From Promethearchaeum syntrophicum (GTDB taxonomy: Archaea > Asgardarchaeota > Lokiarchaeia > Sigyniarchaeales > Promethearchaeaceae), in assembly GCF_008000775.2 (NCBI RefSeq), contig NZ_CP042905.2, forward strand, positions 1,230,001-1,262,000: a stretch of 32,000 nt of DNA, read 5' to 3'. A program made the translations under genes and the position numbers. Shown piece after piece: positions 9,153 to 17,984 of the stretch. The notes under the pieces were generated by a model. That model made no database searches. It was not told where the DNA came from and was given only the letters and a program-made list of their open reading frames with translations. The stretch's first letter is position 1. Each line of letters begins with the position of its first letter.

Positions 9153-10052
9153 TTACTCGAAATTTATTAAAGTATTTAAAAGTAAAGTAATTGCAGAAGT
9201 CATAACTGCAGCAAAAACCATTTGTAATCCATATTTAATTATCGAATCCTTAGAAAGTTTTGCTAAATATCCTCCTAAAGAGAAAAGGACGACCACTGTT
9301 AATATAAAAGAAATAATAAATTGAATTGCTAGAGTATCTCCAGTTAAACTAAAAATGAAAGGCAACACCACAATCATCACTCCTGCAAAGGGGGAAAATC
9401 CATCAACAAGAGCGGCTACTATACCTGCGAAATGTTGAGCTTCTTCATAAATAGTTTGCTCATTTACAATTTTTTTTTCTTTTTGTACTCCTTTATACTT
9501 CTTATAAGAGGTTTTTACTTTGGTTCTATCAATATTTTGGCTATCTTGAGAAGATTTCCCTAATTTTATTCCCAATTTTCTTGCCTGGTCTTCAGTTAAT
9601 CCTAAATGCTTATATTGGACATCCATTTTACTTTTCTTCTTTCTAATGCTCTTTTCAAATTCACCTAAAGCAAGTTTTAAGTCATTTTCAGACCATTTTG
9701 GCACATCAGAATCAGTTGATTTTTTGTCTTCTTCATGTTGCAATCCGAGAACTTGCTTCATCTGGATAACATTCAAACGCCGTTCCGCAGTTTCTGCTAA
9801 ATGGCTTCCTGTTAAACCTGAAATTCCAATTGCGATGGCTGTAATTAAACTAGTCAAAAATAAGAACATATTTGATTGAGGTTTATCATCTAGAAAAAAT
9901 AAAAAAGACGCTAATACAATTCCCAATGCGGTAAGAATCCCGTCAAAGAAATTCATGGCAAAATATCGACGAATTATTGGTGATGCTTCACTAATTTGCC
10001 ACAAAATTTTATAACGTTCAAAGAGTTTAGTTTTTAGTTTAGATTCGGACAT
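9153..10052 (-). CDS. VIT1/CCC1-family (iron/manganese transporter-like) membrane protein
   Basis: 299 aa: RRYFAMNFFDGILTALGIVLASFLFF...AIAIGISGLTGSHLAETAERR...EEAQHFAGIVAALVDGFSPFAGVMIVVLPFI, five predicted TM segments. Confidence 0.78.
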   Translation of the reverse strand: MSESKLKTKLFERYKILWQISEASPIIRRYFAMNFFDGILTALGIVLASFLFFLDDKPQSNMFLFLTSLITAIAIGISGLTGSHLAETAERRLNVIQMKQVLGLQHEEDKKSTDSDVPKWSENDLKLALGEFEKSIRKKKSKMDVQYKHLGLTEDQARKLGIKLGKSSQDSQNIDRTKVKTSYKKYKGVQKEKKIVNEQTIYEEAQHFAGIVAALVDGFSPFAGVMIVVLPFIFSLTGDTLAIQFIISFILTVVVLFSLGGYLAKLSKDSIIKYGLQMVFAAVMTSAITLLLNTLINFE

Positions 10053-10232
10053 TTTTCGTTCGTAAACAATAGAAAAGAAGGAATTAAACCTTTAAAATTT
10101 TTTTGACGAAAACCGAAGTTTTACCATTTCGCTAAGTTGGAAGGAAATTAGATTATTTGGATTCAAATTTGTGTATCTAAATATCAATCGTAAATTCTGA
10201 GTTTTCTTCTTTCAATATAGTAAAACTTTCAC

Positions 10233-10619
10233 TTATCTATAGCGCATCCAATCCTTCCAATCATTTAATGTTGACATCAATGTTAAAGTCTTTTCTTTTG
10301 AGCCTAGAGGTATTGTAATATCACCTAAAATCACACCCTTTCCTTTAACTCCAATTATATTCAAGTTTTTTATTTCAACACCTATAGCAGATATAATTTT
10401 AGGATCCATAATTTTTATGAAATTGTTGGAATCGGGATGAATGCTATTACGCGCGTGGATTATTTTATGAGAGCTGGTATCTACATCCGGATTGAGTTCT
10501 AATTCAAAAGAAAGTACACCATTTGCTGAATATAACCAAAGTTCTTTTAGATTTTCTGGAATCATCCACGGATTCGGTCTCCATTTAAAACGAGTAAGAG
10601 AAATTTTTTGTTGTGGCAT
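10233..10619 (-). CDS. Conserved-looking hypothetical protein
   Basis: 128 aa ORF divergent from the UDP-sugar dehydrogenase, normal codon texture, no recognised domain. Confidence 0.6.
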   Translation of the reverse strand: MPQQKISLTRFKWRPNPWMIPENLKELWLYSANGVLSFELELNPDVDTSSHKIIHARNSIHPDSNNFIKIMDPKIISAIGVEIKNLNIIGVKGKGVILGDITIPLGSKEKTLTLMSTLNDWKDWMRYR

Positions 10620-10678
10620 TAGTATTTGCTCTAATTTATCCTCGAATAAAATTTATTATATGTGATATTGATTATATT

Positions 10679-11986
10679 ATGAAAATTTCTTATATGGGAA
10701 CTGGATATGTGGGTCAAGTTAGCGGAGCAGTGTCTGCTCATTATGGGCATGATGTAGTGCTTGTAGATATTGATAAAAAGAAAGTAGAGTCTATCAATCA
10801 AGGAAAACCAACTATTTTTGAGAAAGATTTGGATGAGATGATGGAAGATTTAGTAATAAATAAAAAAAAATTACGAGCTACATTGGATACTCATCAAGCA
10901 GTTTTAGATACAGAAGCTTCCTTTATCTGTGTTGGAACACCTGATAGAGGTGGCATGATAGATTTATCCTATATTCAAAACGTTTCAAAATCTATCGGTA
11001 AGGCTTTGAAAGACAAAAAACAATTTCATCTAGTGATCGTAAAATCAACCGTTGTTCCTGGCACTACTATCAATACCGTCAAACCAATAATAGAGGAGTT
11101 TTCGGGAAAAAAAGCAGGTGTTGATTTTGGAATTGCGATGAATCCAGAATTTTTACGTGAGGGGCTTGCAGTTTCTGATAATATCGATCCAGATAATATA
11201 GTTATCGGAACCCAAGATGAAAAATCCCAAAAAATGTTAAAAGAAATTTATGCTTGGGCAGCGAAAGAAAAATATACATTTGTGAATGTCACGGCCGCTG
11301 AAGCAATAAAATATGCTCAAAACTCTTTTTTAGCAATGAAAATTACCTTTGCAAATGAATGGGGTAATTACTGCGATGTAATGGGGATTGATGCCAAAGA
11401 AGTTCTTGATGCGATAGGAGCTGATAGGAGAATAAGCCCTATGTTTCTGAGAAATGGACCTGGTTATGGAGGAAGCTGTTTTCCTAAGGATGTAAATGCA
11501 ATTGTTCATTCCGGACAGATAAATCATTCACCTTTCAGAATTTTGGAAGAAGTAGTTGCAACAAACAATAAACAATACCTATCTCTTATAGACCTGGCAA
11601 AATCAAAAATTGGTTCAATTGCCAGACGTAAAGTTGGTATATTGGGGCTTTCTTTCAAACCCGATACAGATGATACTCGAGAATCTCCCGCTTTAAAGAT
11701 TATTTCTTATCTAGTATCTCAAGGATGTAATATTAAAGCGTATTGTCCACAAGGCACTGAGATGGCAAAGAAATGGTTAACCGATAACAGAATCACAGAA
11801 ATATTTTATGCAAATTCTGCCGAAGAATGTGTTAAAGATGTTGAATTCGTTTTAATTCCTACAGATTGGCCTGAATTTCGAGAACTCCTCCCAAAAATCA
11901 CTGTACCTACATTTGTTGGTCATCGTTCATTTGTAAATCCTGATAATTTTGAGAATGTTTATAGTCTCGGTTTTCCAAAAAAGTGA
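10679..11986 (+). CDS. UDP-glucose/GDP-mannose dehydrogenase family protein (UDP-glucose 6-dehydrogenase-like)
   Basis: MKISYMGTGYVGQVSGAVSAHYGHDVVLVDID Rossmann start; STVVPGTT, MNPEFLREG, PGYGGSCFPKD with catalytic Cys; LGLSFKPDTDDTRESPA. ATG at 10679 preferred over the track start at 10613. Confidence 0.95.
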   Translation: MKISYMGTGYVGQVSGAVSAHYGHDVVLVDIDKKKVESINQGKPTIFEKDLDEMMEDLVINKKKLRATLDTHQAVLDTEASFICVGTPDRGGMIDLSYIQNVSKSIGKALKDKKQFHLVIVKSTVVPGTTINTVKPIIEEFSGKKAGVDFGIAMNPEFLREGLAVSDNIDPDNIVIGTQDEKSQKMLKEIYAWAAKEKYTFVNVTAAEAIKYAQNSFLAMKITFANEWGNYCDVMGIDAKEVLDAIGADRRISPMFLRNGPGYGGSCFPKDVNAIVHSGQINHSPFRILEEVVATNNKQYLSLIDLAKSKIGSIARRKVGILGLSFKPDTDDTRESPALKIISYLVSQGCNIKAYCPQGTEMAKKWLTDNRITEIFYANSAEECVKDVEFVLIPTDWPEFRELLPKITVPTFVGHRSFVNPDNFENVYSLGFPKK

Positions 11987-11992
11987 TTAATA

Positions 11993-12517
11993 ATGCCTAA
12001 AGATTTAACAATTCGTCAAAGACATTTTCTAAAATCAAAAGATAAGAAAATTGTTATAGACCAATTCAAGTCATTGTTTCCAGGAAAAGATGAAGAGTTT
12101 GCAAAACTAATCACCCCTAAAACACGAATTGAATGGATAAAATTAGATCAAAACCAAGTCCTTTATGCTATTGATAATGTATTGACTTTTTGGTTAAAGG
12201 GGGACAAAATTATTCCTTTATTAAGCTATTTAATGAAAAATCCAAATCCCTTTAAATTCGTGAAAGTGGATCAAGGTGCAATAAAATTTGTTTCAAAAGG
12301 CGCAAACGTAATGCGACCGGGAATAACGACAATCGACCCTACAATTAAAAAGGGAGATATTGTAACTATTCTTGATCCACAACATGATAGAGTTTTATCG
12401 GTTGGTGAATCTCTTTATAATGCTGAAGAAATGGAAAAATTAAGCGATGGAAAAGTAATCAAGTGTGTTCATTCTTTAACAGATAACATATGGTTATTTT
12501 CAAAAAATTTCGATTAA
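11993..12517 (+). CDS. PUA-domain RNA-binding protein, MCT-1/Tma20-like
   Basis: 174 aa: N-terminal pre-PUA domain, then LLSYLMKNPNPFKFVKVDQGAIKFVSKGANVMRPGITTIDPTIKKGDIVTILDPQHDRVLSVGES typical of archaeal/eukaryotic MCTS1-like PUA. Confidence 0.88.
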   Translation: MPKDLTIRQRHFLKSKDKKIVIDQFKSLFPGKDEEFAKLITPKTRIEWIKLDQNQVLYAIDNVLTFWLKGDKIIPLLSYLMKNPNPFKFVKVDQGAIKFVSKGANVMRPGITTIDPTIKKGDIVTILDPQHDRVLSVGESLYNAEEMEKLSDGKVIKCVHSLTDNIWLFSKNFD

Positions 12518-12526
12518 AATTTATTC

Positions 12527-13468
12527 TTACTCTTTTTTTATACTTTCATATGTTTTATGGGATTCAATTGCATCGGAAACTCCTTTTTCCCATGGATATT
12601 CTGGATTCCAATTAAAAACTCTCTTAATTTTCTCATTTGGGAAATGAGCACCAAATTTTGAAAAACTAATCATTAGTAAATAATCCTTATCTTTCAAATT
12701 AGTTAAAATAGAAAAAATCGATTTTGTTGTTAAATTTGTTTTAATCGATAGGTTCTTTATATATTCGTTGATAAATTTCGACCATTTAGTATGGTAATCC
12801 GTACAATTAAAATAATCATTTTTTGGACCGATTTCTAATACATTTTCAATAAGTGACCCTAAATTTTGAATATATAATGTTGAAAATATCTTGTCTTTTT
12901 TTCCAGAAAAATAAAAGTTGCCCTTTAACAATTTGGTAATGAGTGAAGAACTTAGGATTGTGTCATTCCTGCCTAAAACTGCAGGTAATCTTAAAATCGT
13001 ATATGGAATACCACTTGATTCGATATACTTTTCAGCTTTTGCCTTAGAACGCATGTAAGGAATTGCAAAATAACCTTCATATCGTTTAGTTGATTGTTCG
13101 GATCTATTTTCTCCTATTGATTTTAATCCATATACAGCAACTGAACTTATTTGAATAAAGTGCTTGCATTTCATATTTCGACTCCAGTCAACTAATCTCT
13201 TTGTTCCCCTGAAATTAACCTCAAACATAAGTTTTTTGGGTTGATTCTGATCAACAATACCGATTGTGTTGATGATAATATCATAATTTTGGTTTTTCAA
13301 TCCTTGGAGACTATCAATTAATCTTACATCAAATTTTATTTCATTTTTGCCAGGGGATCTTCTAAAAACTGTTCCAAAAATGCTATATCCTCTATTTTCT
13401 AAGTGTTTTTTTAAATAATTTCCGATAAAACCGTCGGTTCCCGTTATTAATATTTTTATCGTTATCAT
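12527..13468 (-). CDS. NAD-dependent epimerase/dehydratase (extended SDR)
   Basis: ILITGTDGFIGNYLKKHLENRG Rossmann motif, ISSVAVYG, YxxxK-like AIPYMRSKAKAEKYIESSGIPYTILRLPAVLG. Start set at MITIKILI rather than track start 13495. Confidence 0.87.
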   Translation of the reverse strand: MITIKILITGTDGFIGNYLKKHLENRGYSIFGTVFRRSPGKNEIKFDVRLIDSLQGLKNQNYDIIINTIGIVDQNQPKKLMFEVNFRGTKRLVDWSRNMKCKHFIQISSVAVYGLKSIGENRSEQSTKRYEGYFAIPYMRSKAKAEKYIESSGIPYTILRLPAVLGRNDTILSSSLITKLLKGNFYFSGKKDKIFSTLYIQNLGSLIENVLEIGPKNDYFNCTDYHTKWSKFINEYIKNLSIKTNLTTKSIFSILTNLKDKDYLLMISFSKFGAHFPNEKIKRVFNWNPEYPWEKGVSDAIESHKTYESIKKE

Positions 13469-13498
13469 ACTCCTTTTTGTATAATTTAAATTCATTTT

Positions 13499-15850
13499 TC
13501 AGAATAAAGCTTTATACCAACAACTTTCTTTTATTTTTGCATAAACTTGTGAATAAGATTGCATTTCTTCAATTGAGTGAAACATATCTGTACATACATC
13601 AAATAAAAATTCTACATCATAATTCTCAGAAGAAAAAGTTAATCTTGAGATTGAAACGTGTTTCTTAAAAATAATTTTAATATCATTTATAAACTTAGAA
13701 AAATCAGAACTTTTGAGATTCTTCTCTTCTATAATACTAAATTCTTCTGAGTTAAATATTACAGAACCCAGCAAGCAAATTGATACTGCGTTTTCTATCC
13801 ATCTTATTAAAAATTCTTGATTTTGTATAAATTTCGGAGAAGAATCCATTTTTATATTAGTTAGAAGCAAACCAAAGAAAGTGAATAATTCAATATCAAA
13901 AGGGATTAAAGGAATTCTATAAAAATAATTACTTCGGAATTTTAGTGCATCTCCCCATGCACTTGAACTATATAAAGCACGATAAATATTCAAAACAATA
14001 TTTGAAGATAAATAGGTTAGAAATGCTGGTAAATTTCCTTTTGCCGGATATATCTTAAACGCTGAGAATTGTATATCACTTTCTTTAAAAAAGTAAACAC
14101 CCCCATAAGCAATTGAAGGCAAATTTGATCCAAATTTTAATCCTGCATATAACTTTTTTCCTAATTCTCGAAAATATAAAGTAGTTTCACTCATATATGC
14201 GATTATTTCTGTTTTTTTAAGGGAATTCCTAGATTGGTCAAGAAGTTCTGGGAGAGTTATATATTGTCGATGTTTTCCGATATGATAACGAGTAATATCT
14301 TTTCCTCTTATTTCACCAATGTACTCCGATTTTTTAATTTCTGATAGTTCCGACCATTGTTCAGAAGTAATTCTAATAGGAGTTGAATCAGGAATTTTGT
14401 GTTTAAAGCGGGCAATTCGTGTTCCTTCATGAATTTTAAGGATTTTTTTCAATCGAGGGAATTTATTAACTGAAATAAGAAAATTTTGCATCTCTTCTGA
14501 AAGTTCAGTAAAGAAAATATTATACATATATGAGAGATCTTGAGAAATTTTTTGCTTTTCGATAGTATTTATGTTGAAATTCTGTAAGATAGAATTTTTT
14601 TTGATTAATGCAGAATAATAAAGATGATCTTGTTCAACTTTCTCATTAATATCTAATCTTCCTTGTTTTGAAATTGTAAGGATACACGGATGAACATTTG
14701 CCCGAGGAAAAATTTGTATTTTCGGATTAAAATCAACAATTAATTGAATTTTACATTGTTTTAATAGGAAAACGCGCAATTTTAAGGCATAATCATTAGA
14801 TAAAACTCGGTTAGGGATAATAAAAGATAAAAATCCTTTATATTCAAGATGATCTACTGCTCTTTTCAAGAAATAAAAATATAAATCTGGTTTACTTCCT
14901 TTTTTTATTACCAAAGAATAATTTTCTTTTAATTCATTAAGCGTTTTTTTAGATATGTTTTTTTTAATATTATCTGAACTGATATATGGCGGATTTCCAA
15001 ATATTATGTGAAATTTCAATGGAAAATCTTTTCCAAAATTTGTTAATGTATTACCAAGATATGAGTGAAAGGTAATTTTATCAATTAGATGACTGTATTT
15101 TCTTGAAAAAAGAGTTATTAAAATACATTTAATACGAATTTTAGTGATTTCTAATGAGTAATTATTGAGATCAGCAAAATAGAGATTTTCTTTGATAAAA
15201 TTACAAATTTCTGAAATGATATCTGTTCTAATTTCTTCCGAATACGAGAAAATGAGAATTTTTATTGATTTATTAAAGATTTCTGTATCAATATCAGTAT
15301 CAATATTATTATTCCGAATAAAATATAGGGTAAAAATTTTACAGATTTTTTGAATCAAGGATGTAATAAAAGCACCCCCTCCCACACAAGGATCCAAAAT
15401 TTTCACCTTTTTCATTGCTTTCTTAAATAATATGTTTGTAAAGGATTGATAATCAAATTTTTCATCATTATTGAGCATTCTTCTAAGAAGTTGATCTAAA
15501 CTCTTGGGCTTTTTTTTTAAAAAATCATTAGAAAAATAGCCATTCAATTCCAAAAAAAGCCATTGATCAAACGTATAATCAACCATGGTATCTGTTATCC
15601 ATGAGGGTGTGAAGATTATACCGGAATTGTTAGATTTATTATTTCCTACAGATTCAAAAATTTTTTCTAGTGTTTTTGGGGTAATTAAATTGCATTCTGC
15701 ATTAATTTTAGCTTCTTTAAGAGATAATTTCCATAATCTCCCTTTAAATTGAAAATTGTCTTTATTTTTGTCTTTGATTAACTCTTTGAATCCATATATC
15801 AATCTGTCCAATGTTTCTTCTGTTTCAAGGATTTCATGATTTGGATTCAA
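13499..15850 (-). CDS. Eco57I/TaqI-class N6-adenine DNA methyltransferase with C-terminal TaqI-like specificity region
   Basis: 783 aa: motif I ILDPCVGGGAFITSLI, motif IV IIFGNPPYISS, SKPDLYFYFLKRAVDHLEYKGFLSFIIPNRVL, C-terminal IRGKDITRYHIGKHRQYITLP...KIIAY-type region. No obvious nuclease motif. Confidence 0.88.
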   Translation of the reverse strand: MNPNHEILETEETLDRLIYGFKELIKDKNKDNFQFKGRLWKLSLKEAKINAECNLITPKTLEKIFESVGNNKSNNSGIIFTPSWITDTMVDYTFDQWLFLELNGYFSNDFLKKKPKSLDQLLRRMLNNDEKFDYQSFTNILFKKAMKKVKILDPCVGGGAFITSLIQKICKIFTLYFIRNNNIDTDIDTEIFNKSIKILIFSYSEEIRTDIISEICNFIKENLYFADLNNYSLEITKIRIKCILITLFSRKYSHLIDKITFHSYLGNTLTNFGKDFPLKFHIIFGNPPYISSDNIKKNISKKTLNELKENYSLVIKKGSKPDLYFYFLKRAVDHLEYKGFLSFIIPNRVLSNDYALKLRVFLLKQCKIQLIVDFNPKIQIFPRANVHPCILTISKQGRLDINEKVEQDHLYYSALIKKNSILQNFNINTIEKQKISQDLSYMYNIFFTELSEEMQNFLISVNKFPRLKKILKIHEGTRIARFKHKIPDSTPIRITSEQWSELSEIKKSEYIGEIRGKDITRYHIGKHRQYITLPELLDQSRNSLKKTEIIAYMSETTLYFRELGKKLYAGLKFGSNLPSIAYGGVYFFKESDIQFSAFKIYPAKGNLPAFLTYLSSNIVLNIYRALYSSSAWGDALKFRSNYFYRIPLIPFDIELFTFFGLLLTNIKMDSSPKFIQNQEFLIRWIENAVSICLLGSVIFNSEEFSIIEEKNLKSSDFSKFINDIKIIFKKHVSISRLTFSSENYDVEFLFDVCTDMFHSIEEMQSYSQVYAKIKESCWYKALF

Positions 15851-15995
15851 TTTTTTTCATACCTTTCTAAATTTTATTAATTTTTATGCTTTTTTATGAT
15901 TTTATATTCAATATATAATGAATATTTCTTTTTTCAACGTGTTAACCATAAAAAATAAATTAAATCATGTATTTTTTTGATTAGTTGAAAATCGC

Positions 15996-16247
15996 ATGCA
16001 CAACCCTGCCCTAAGATTGAATCTAAAAGGAATGCTTAATAAGGATGTATCTATTAAAATCCGAGTTTACCGTGTTTATCTTAAGGGAAAATTAATCGCT
16101 TTTGATCAATATTCAAACATTCTACTGGAAAATGTGGTTGAATTTAAATTAAATGAGAAAGGAGAAAAAGAAGAAATTTGCAAATATTCAGGAAATGTTT
16201 TATTGCGTGGCGATTCGATAATAGCACTAACGATAAATAAGGATTGA
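15996..16247 (+). CDS. LSm/Sm-like archaeal protein
   Basis: 83 aa: Sm1 [28 protein letters not shown] and Sm2 [15 protein letters not shown], directly upstream of L37e as in many archaea. Confidence 0.88.
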   Translation: MHNPALRLNLKGMLNKDVSIKIRVYRVYLKGKLIAFDQYSNILLENVVEFKLNEKGEKEEICKYSGNVLLRGDSIIALTINKD

Positions 16248-16252
16248 TAATA

Positions 16253-16516
16253 ATGACTAAAGGAACAGCAAGTTTTGGAAAACATAATAAAGCTGCGACA
16301 CATACCATGTGCCGAAGATGTGGCAGCCGATCATATTTTAAAAGGAAAAGTTTTTGTGCCTCTTGTGGATACGGAAAAACTGCTAAAATTAGAACATACA
16401 ATTGGAACGTTAAGATCAAAGCAGCAAATGGTCAAAAAACCAGAAACGGACGTAAAGAAATGTTTAAACGTAAATGGAATAAACGTTTCGTAAGCAAGCA
16501 TCAAAAGAAGCATTAA
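16253..16516 (+). CDS. rpl37e: Large ribosomal subunit protein eL37 (L37e)
   Basis: [51 protein letters not shown] with two CxxC zinc pairs and a long C-terminal extension. ATG at 16253 (residue 4 of the track ORF). Confidence 0.95.
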   Translation: MTKGTASFGKHNKAATHTMCRRCGSRSYFKRKSFCASCGYGKTAKIRTYNWNVKIKAANGQKTRNGRKEMFKRKWNKRFVSKHQKKH

Positions 16517-16555
16517 TTATTTTTCTAATTTTAATACCAATTTTCATTCCTACCT

Positions 16556-17158
16556 TCATTTAGAAGGTATTTTACATAAATACCAAGCAGTATGAGAATT
16601 TATTTCGAAAATTTGAACATCATCGAAGAAATTTTCAAATTCTGCTGGAATAGAGCGCACAAAATTAAAATAATCTCCTCGTTCTATCCATTCGATTATG
16701 CTGATATGCCATTTTCTTCTTGGAGAATAATCTTGAAAAAGGACATATTCTTTTGCGATACGACTGGTTTCTTTGTATAATACATTACGTTTATTCTGAT
16801 CTAAACCGTGTAAAACCATACCTGCGATTACTAAATCAAAATTATTATCTGGAAACCGTAAACCCTTTAAGATATCTCCATGTTCGCATACTAATTTATT
16901 TTTCATTTTAGCACGCTTAACCATTTTCTCTGCAATATCTATTCCTTGAACTTCATAACTTTCATCTTTAAGTTTAAAAGCTTTACCAAATGCACCAGTT
17001 CCGCATCCAATATCAAGAATTTTTCCCCCTTTAGGAATATTAAGATGTTTTCCATATTTATCAATATTTTTTGAGTATCCCTTTACTTGACTTTTAAAAA
17101 ACCACTGGTAAAAATAAGCAATTATATTAAATAGCCAAGTATGATATTGTAAATTCAT
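16556..17158 (-). CDS. Class I SAM-dependent methyltransferase
   Basis: 200 aa: GGKILDIGCGTGAFGKAFKL motif I, YEVQGIDIAEKMV, FDLVIAGMVLHGL. Confidence 0.9.
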   Translation of the reverse strand: MNLQYHTWLFNIIAYFYQWFFKSQVKGYSKNIDKYGKHLNIPKGGKILDIGCGTGAFGKAFKLKDESYEVQGIDIAEKMVKRAKMKNKLVCEHGDILKGLRFPDNNFDLVIAGMVLHGLDQNKRNVLYKETSRIAKEYVLFQDYSPRRKWHISIIEWIERGDYFNFVRSIPAEFENFFDDVQIFEINSHTAWYLCKIPSK

Positions 17159-17199
17159 AAATTATTTTTCATATGTTCTTTTAATATTTAGTTTTATGC

Positions 17200-17904
17200 T
17201 CAAATTAGAGCGAATAGTGTAGAAAATGCAAGATATGCCCCATATCCGACCATAAATAAAGCACATATAACGAAAATAGTTTTATAGATTTTGGGTGTAA
17301 TAAACTTGCGGGAAAATCCTATAGCTGTGGCAAAAGATACATACCAAAGAAAAACACCTAGTTCCTTCCCAACAATTAATCCCCAGAAGGCCGATGGATT
17401 TGTAAAATTCACGGAATTTTCAACAATAATAGAGAGTCCTGCTGTTGTCCACCACAACCACCAGTGGGGGTTTGACATCAAAAAAATTATGCTTCCCAAA
17501 ATAGGATGTCGAGAATACAACTTTAATTTAGTATCATCCATGCCAGTATCGTGTTTGAAATCATTTGAGGATAAAAAGGATGTGTTAATTTTTTCCCGAA
17601 TAACATCTAATAAAATTTGTAATCCAAAAAAAATGAGTAAACTACCACCCAAAACACCAATAATTATGAAAATTATAGGATTGGCAAATAATGATTCTGC
17701 ACCCACCAGTATGAGCAAAATTAAGAGAAATTCAATAAGTGCATGCCCTAAACTAATAAAAAGACCTACCAACCAGGCTTTTTGTTTTGCCTCAAGAGAT
17801 TTGAAAATTGTATATGTCATTAAGGTTCCCGGAGACATAGCTCCACCTAATCCTAACAAAAAAATAACAGAAAAAACACTCCAAAATGACATTGATTTGA
17901 TCAA
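17200..17904 (-). CDS. LysE/RhtB-family translocator
   Basis: 234 aa, six-TM pattern: LGGAMSPGTLMTYTIFKSLEAKQKAWLVGLFISLGHALIEFLLI...GSIIFLMSNPHWWLWWTTAG. Confidence 0.82.
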   Translation of the reverse strand: MIKSMSFWSVFSVIFLLGLGGAMSPGTLMTYTIFKSLEAKQKAWLVGLFISLGHALIEFLLILLILVGAESLFANPIIFIIIGVLGGSLLIFFGLQILLDVIREKINTSFLSSNDFKHDTGMDDTKLKLYSRHPILGSIIFLMSNPHWWLWWTTAGLSIIVENSVNFTNPSAFWGLIVGKELGVFLWYVSFATAIGFSRKFITPKIYKTIFVICALFMVGYGAYLAFSTLFALI

Positions 17905-17984
17905 ATCTCAAGAAAATATCAATTTATGGAATTCCTTAAAAGACCTAAAATATTGAATGATAAGAAATCCCAAAAAAAAAGGTT

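Noticed and set aside
9139-9879. Plus-strand ORFs 9139-9324 and 9646-9879
   Set aside because: Antisense to the VIT/CCC1-like gene.
16106-16513. Minus-strand ORFs and the alternative plus-frame ORF across LSm/L37e
   Set aside because: Overlap two confidently identified conserved genes; no independent support.
17291-17956. Plus-strand 221 aa ORF
   Set aside because: Opposite strand to the LysE-family exporter; Pro/Lys/Ser-rich shadow of membrane codons.
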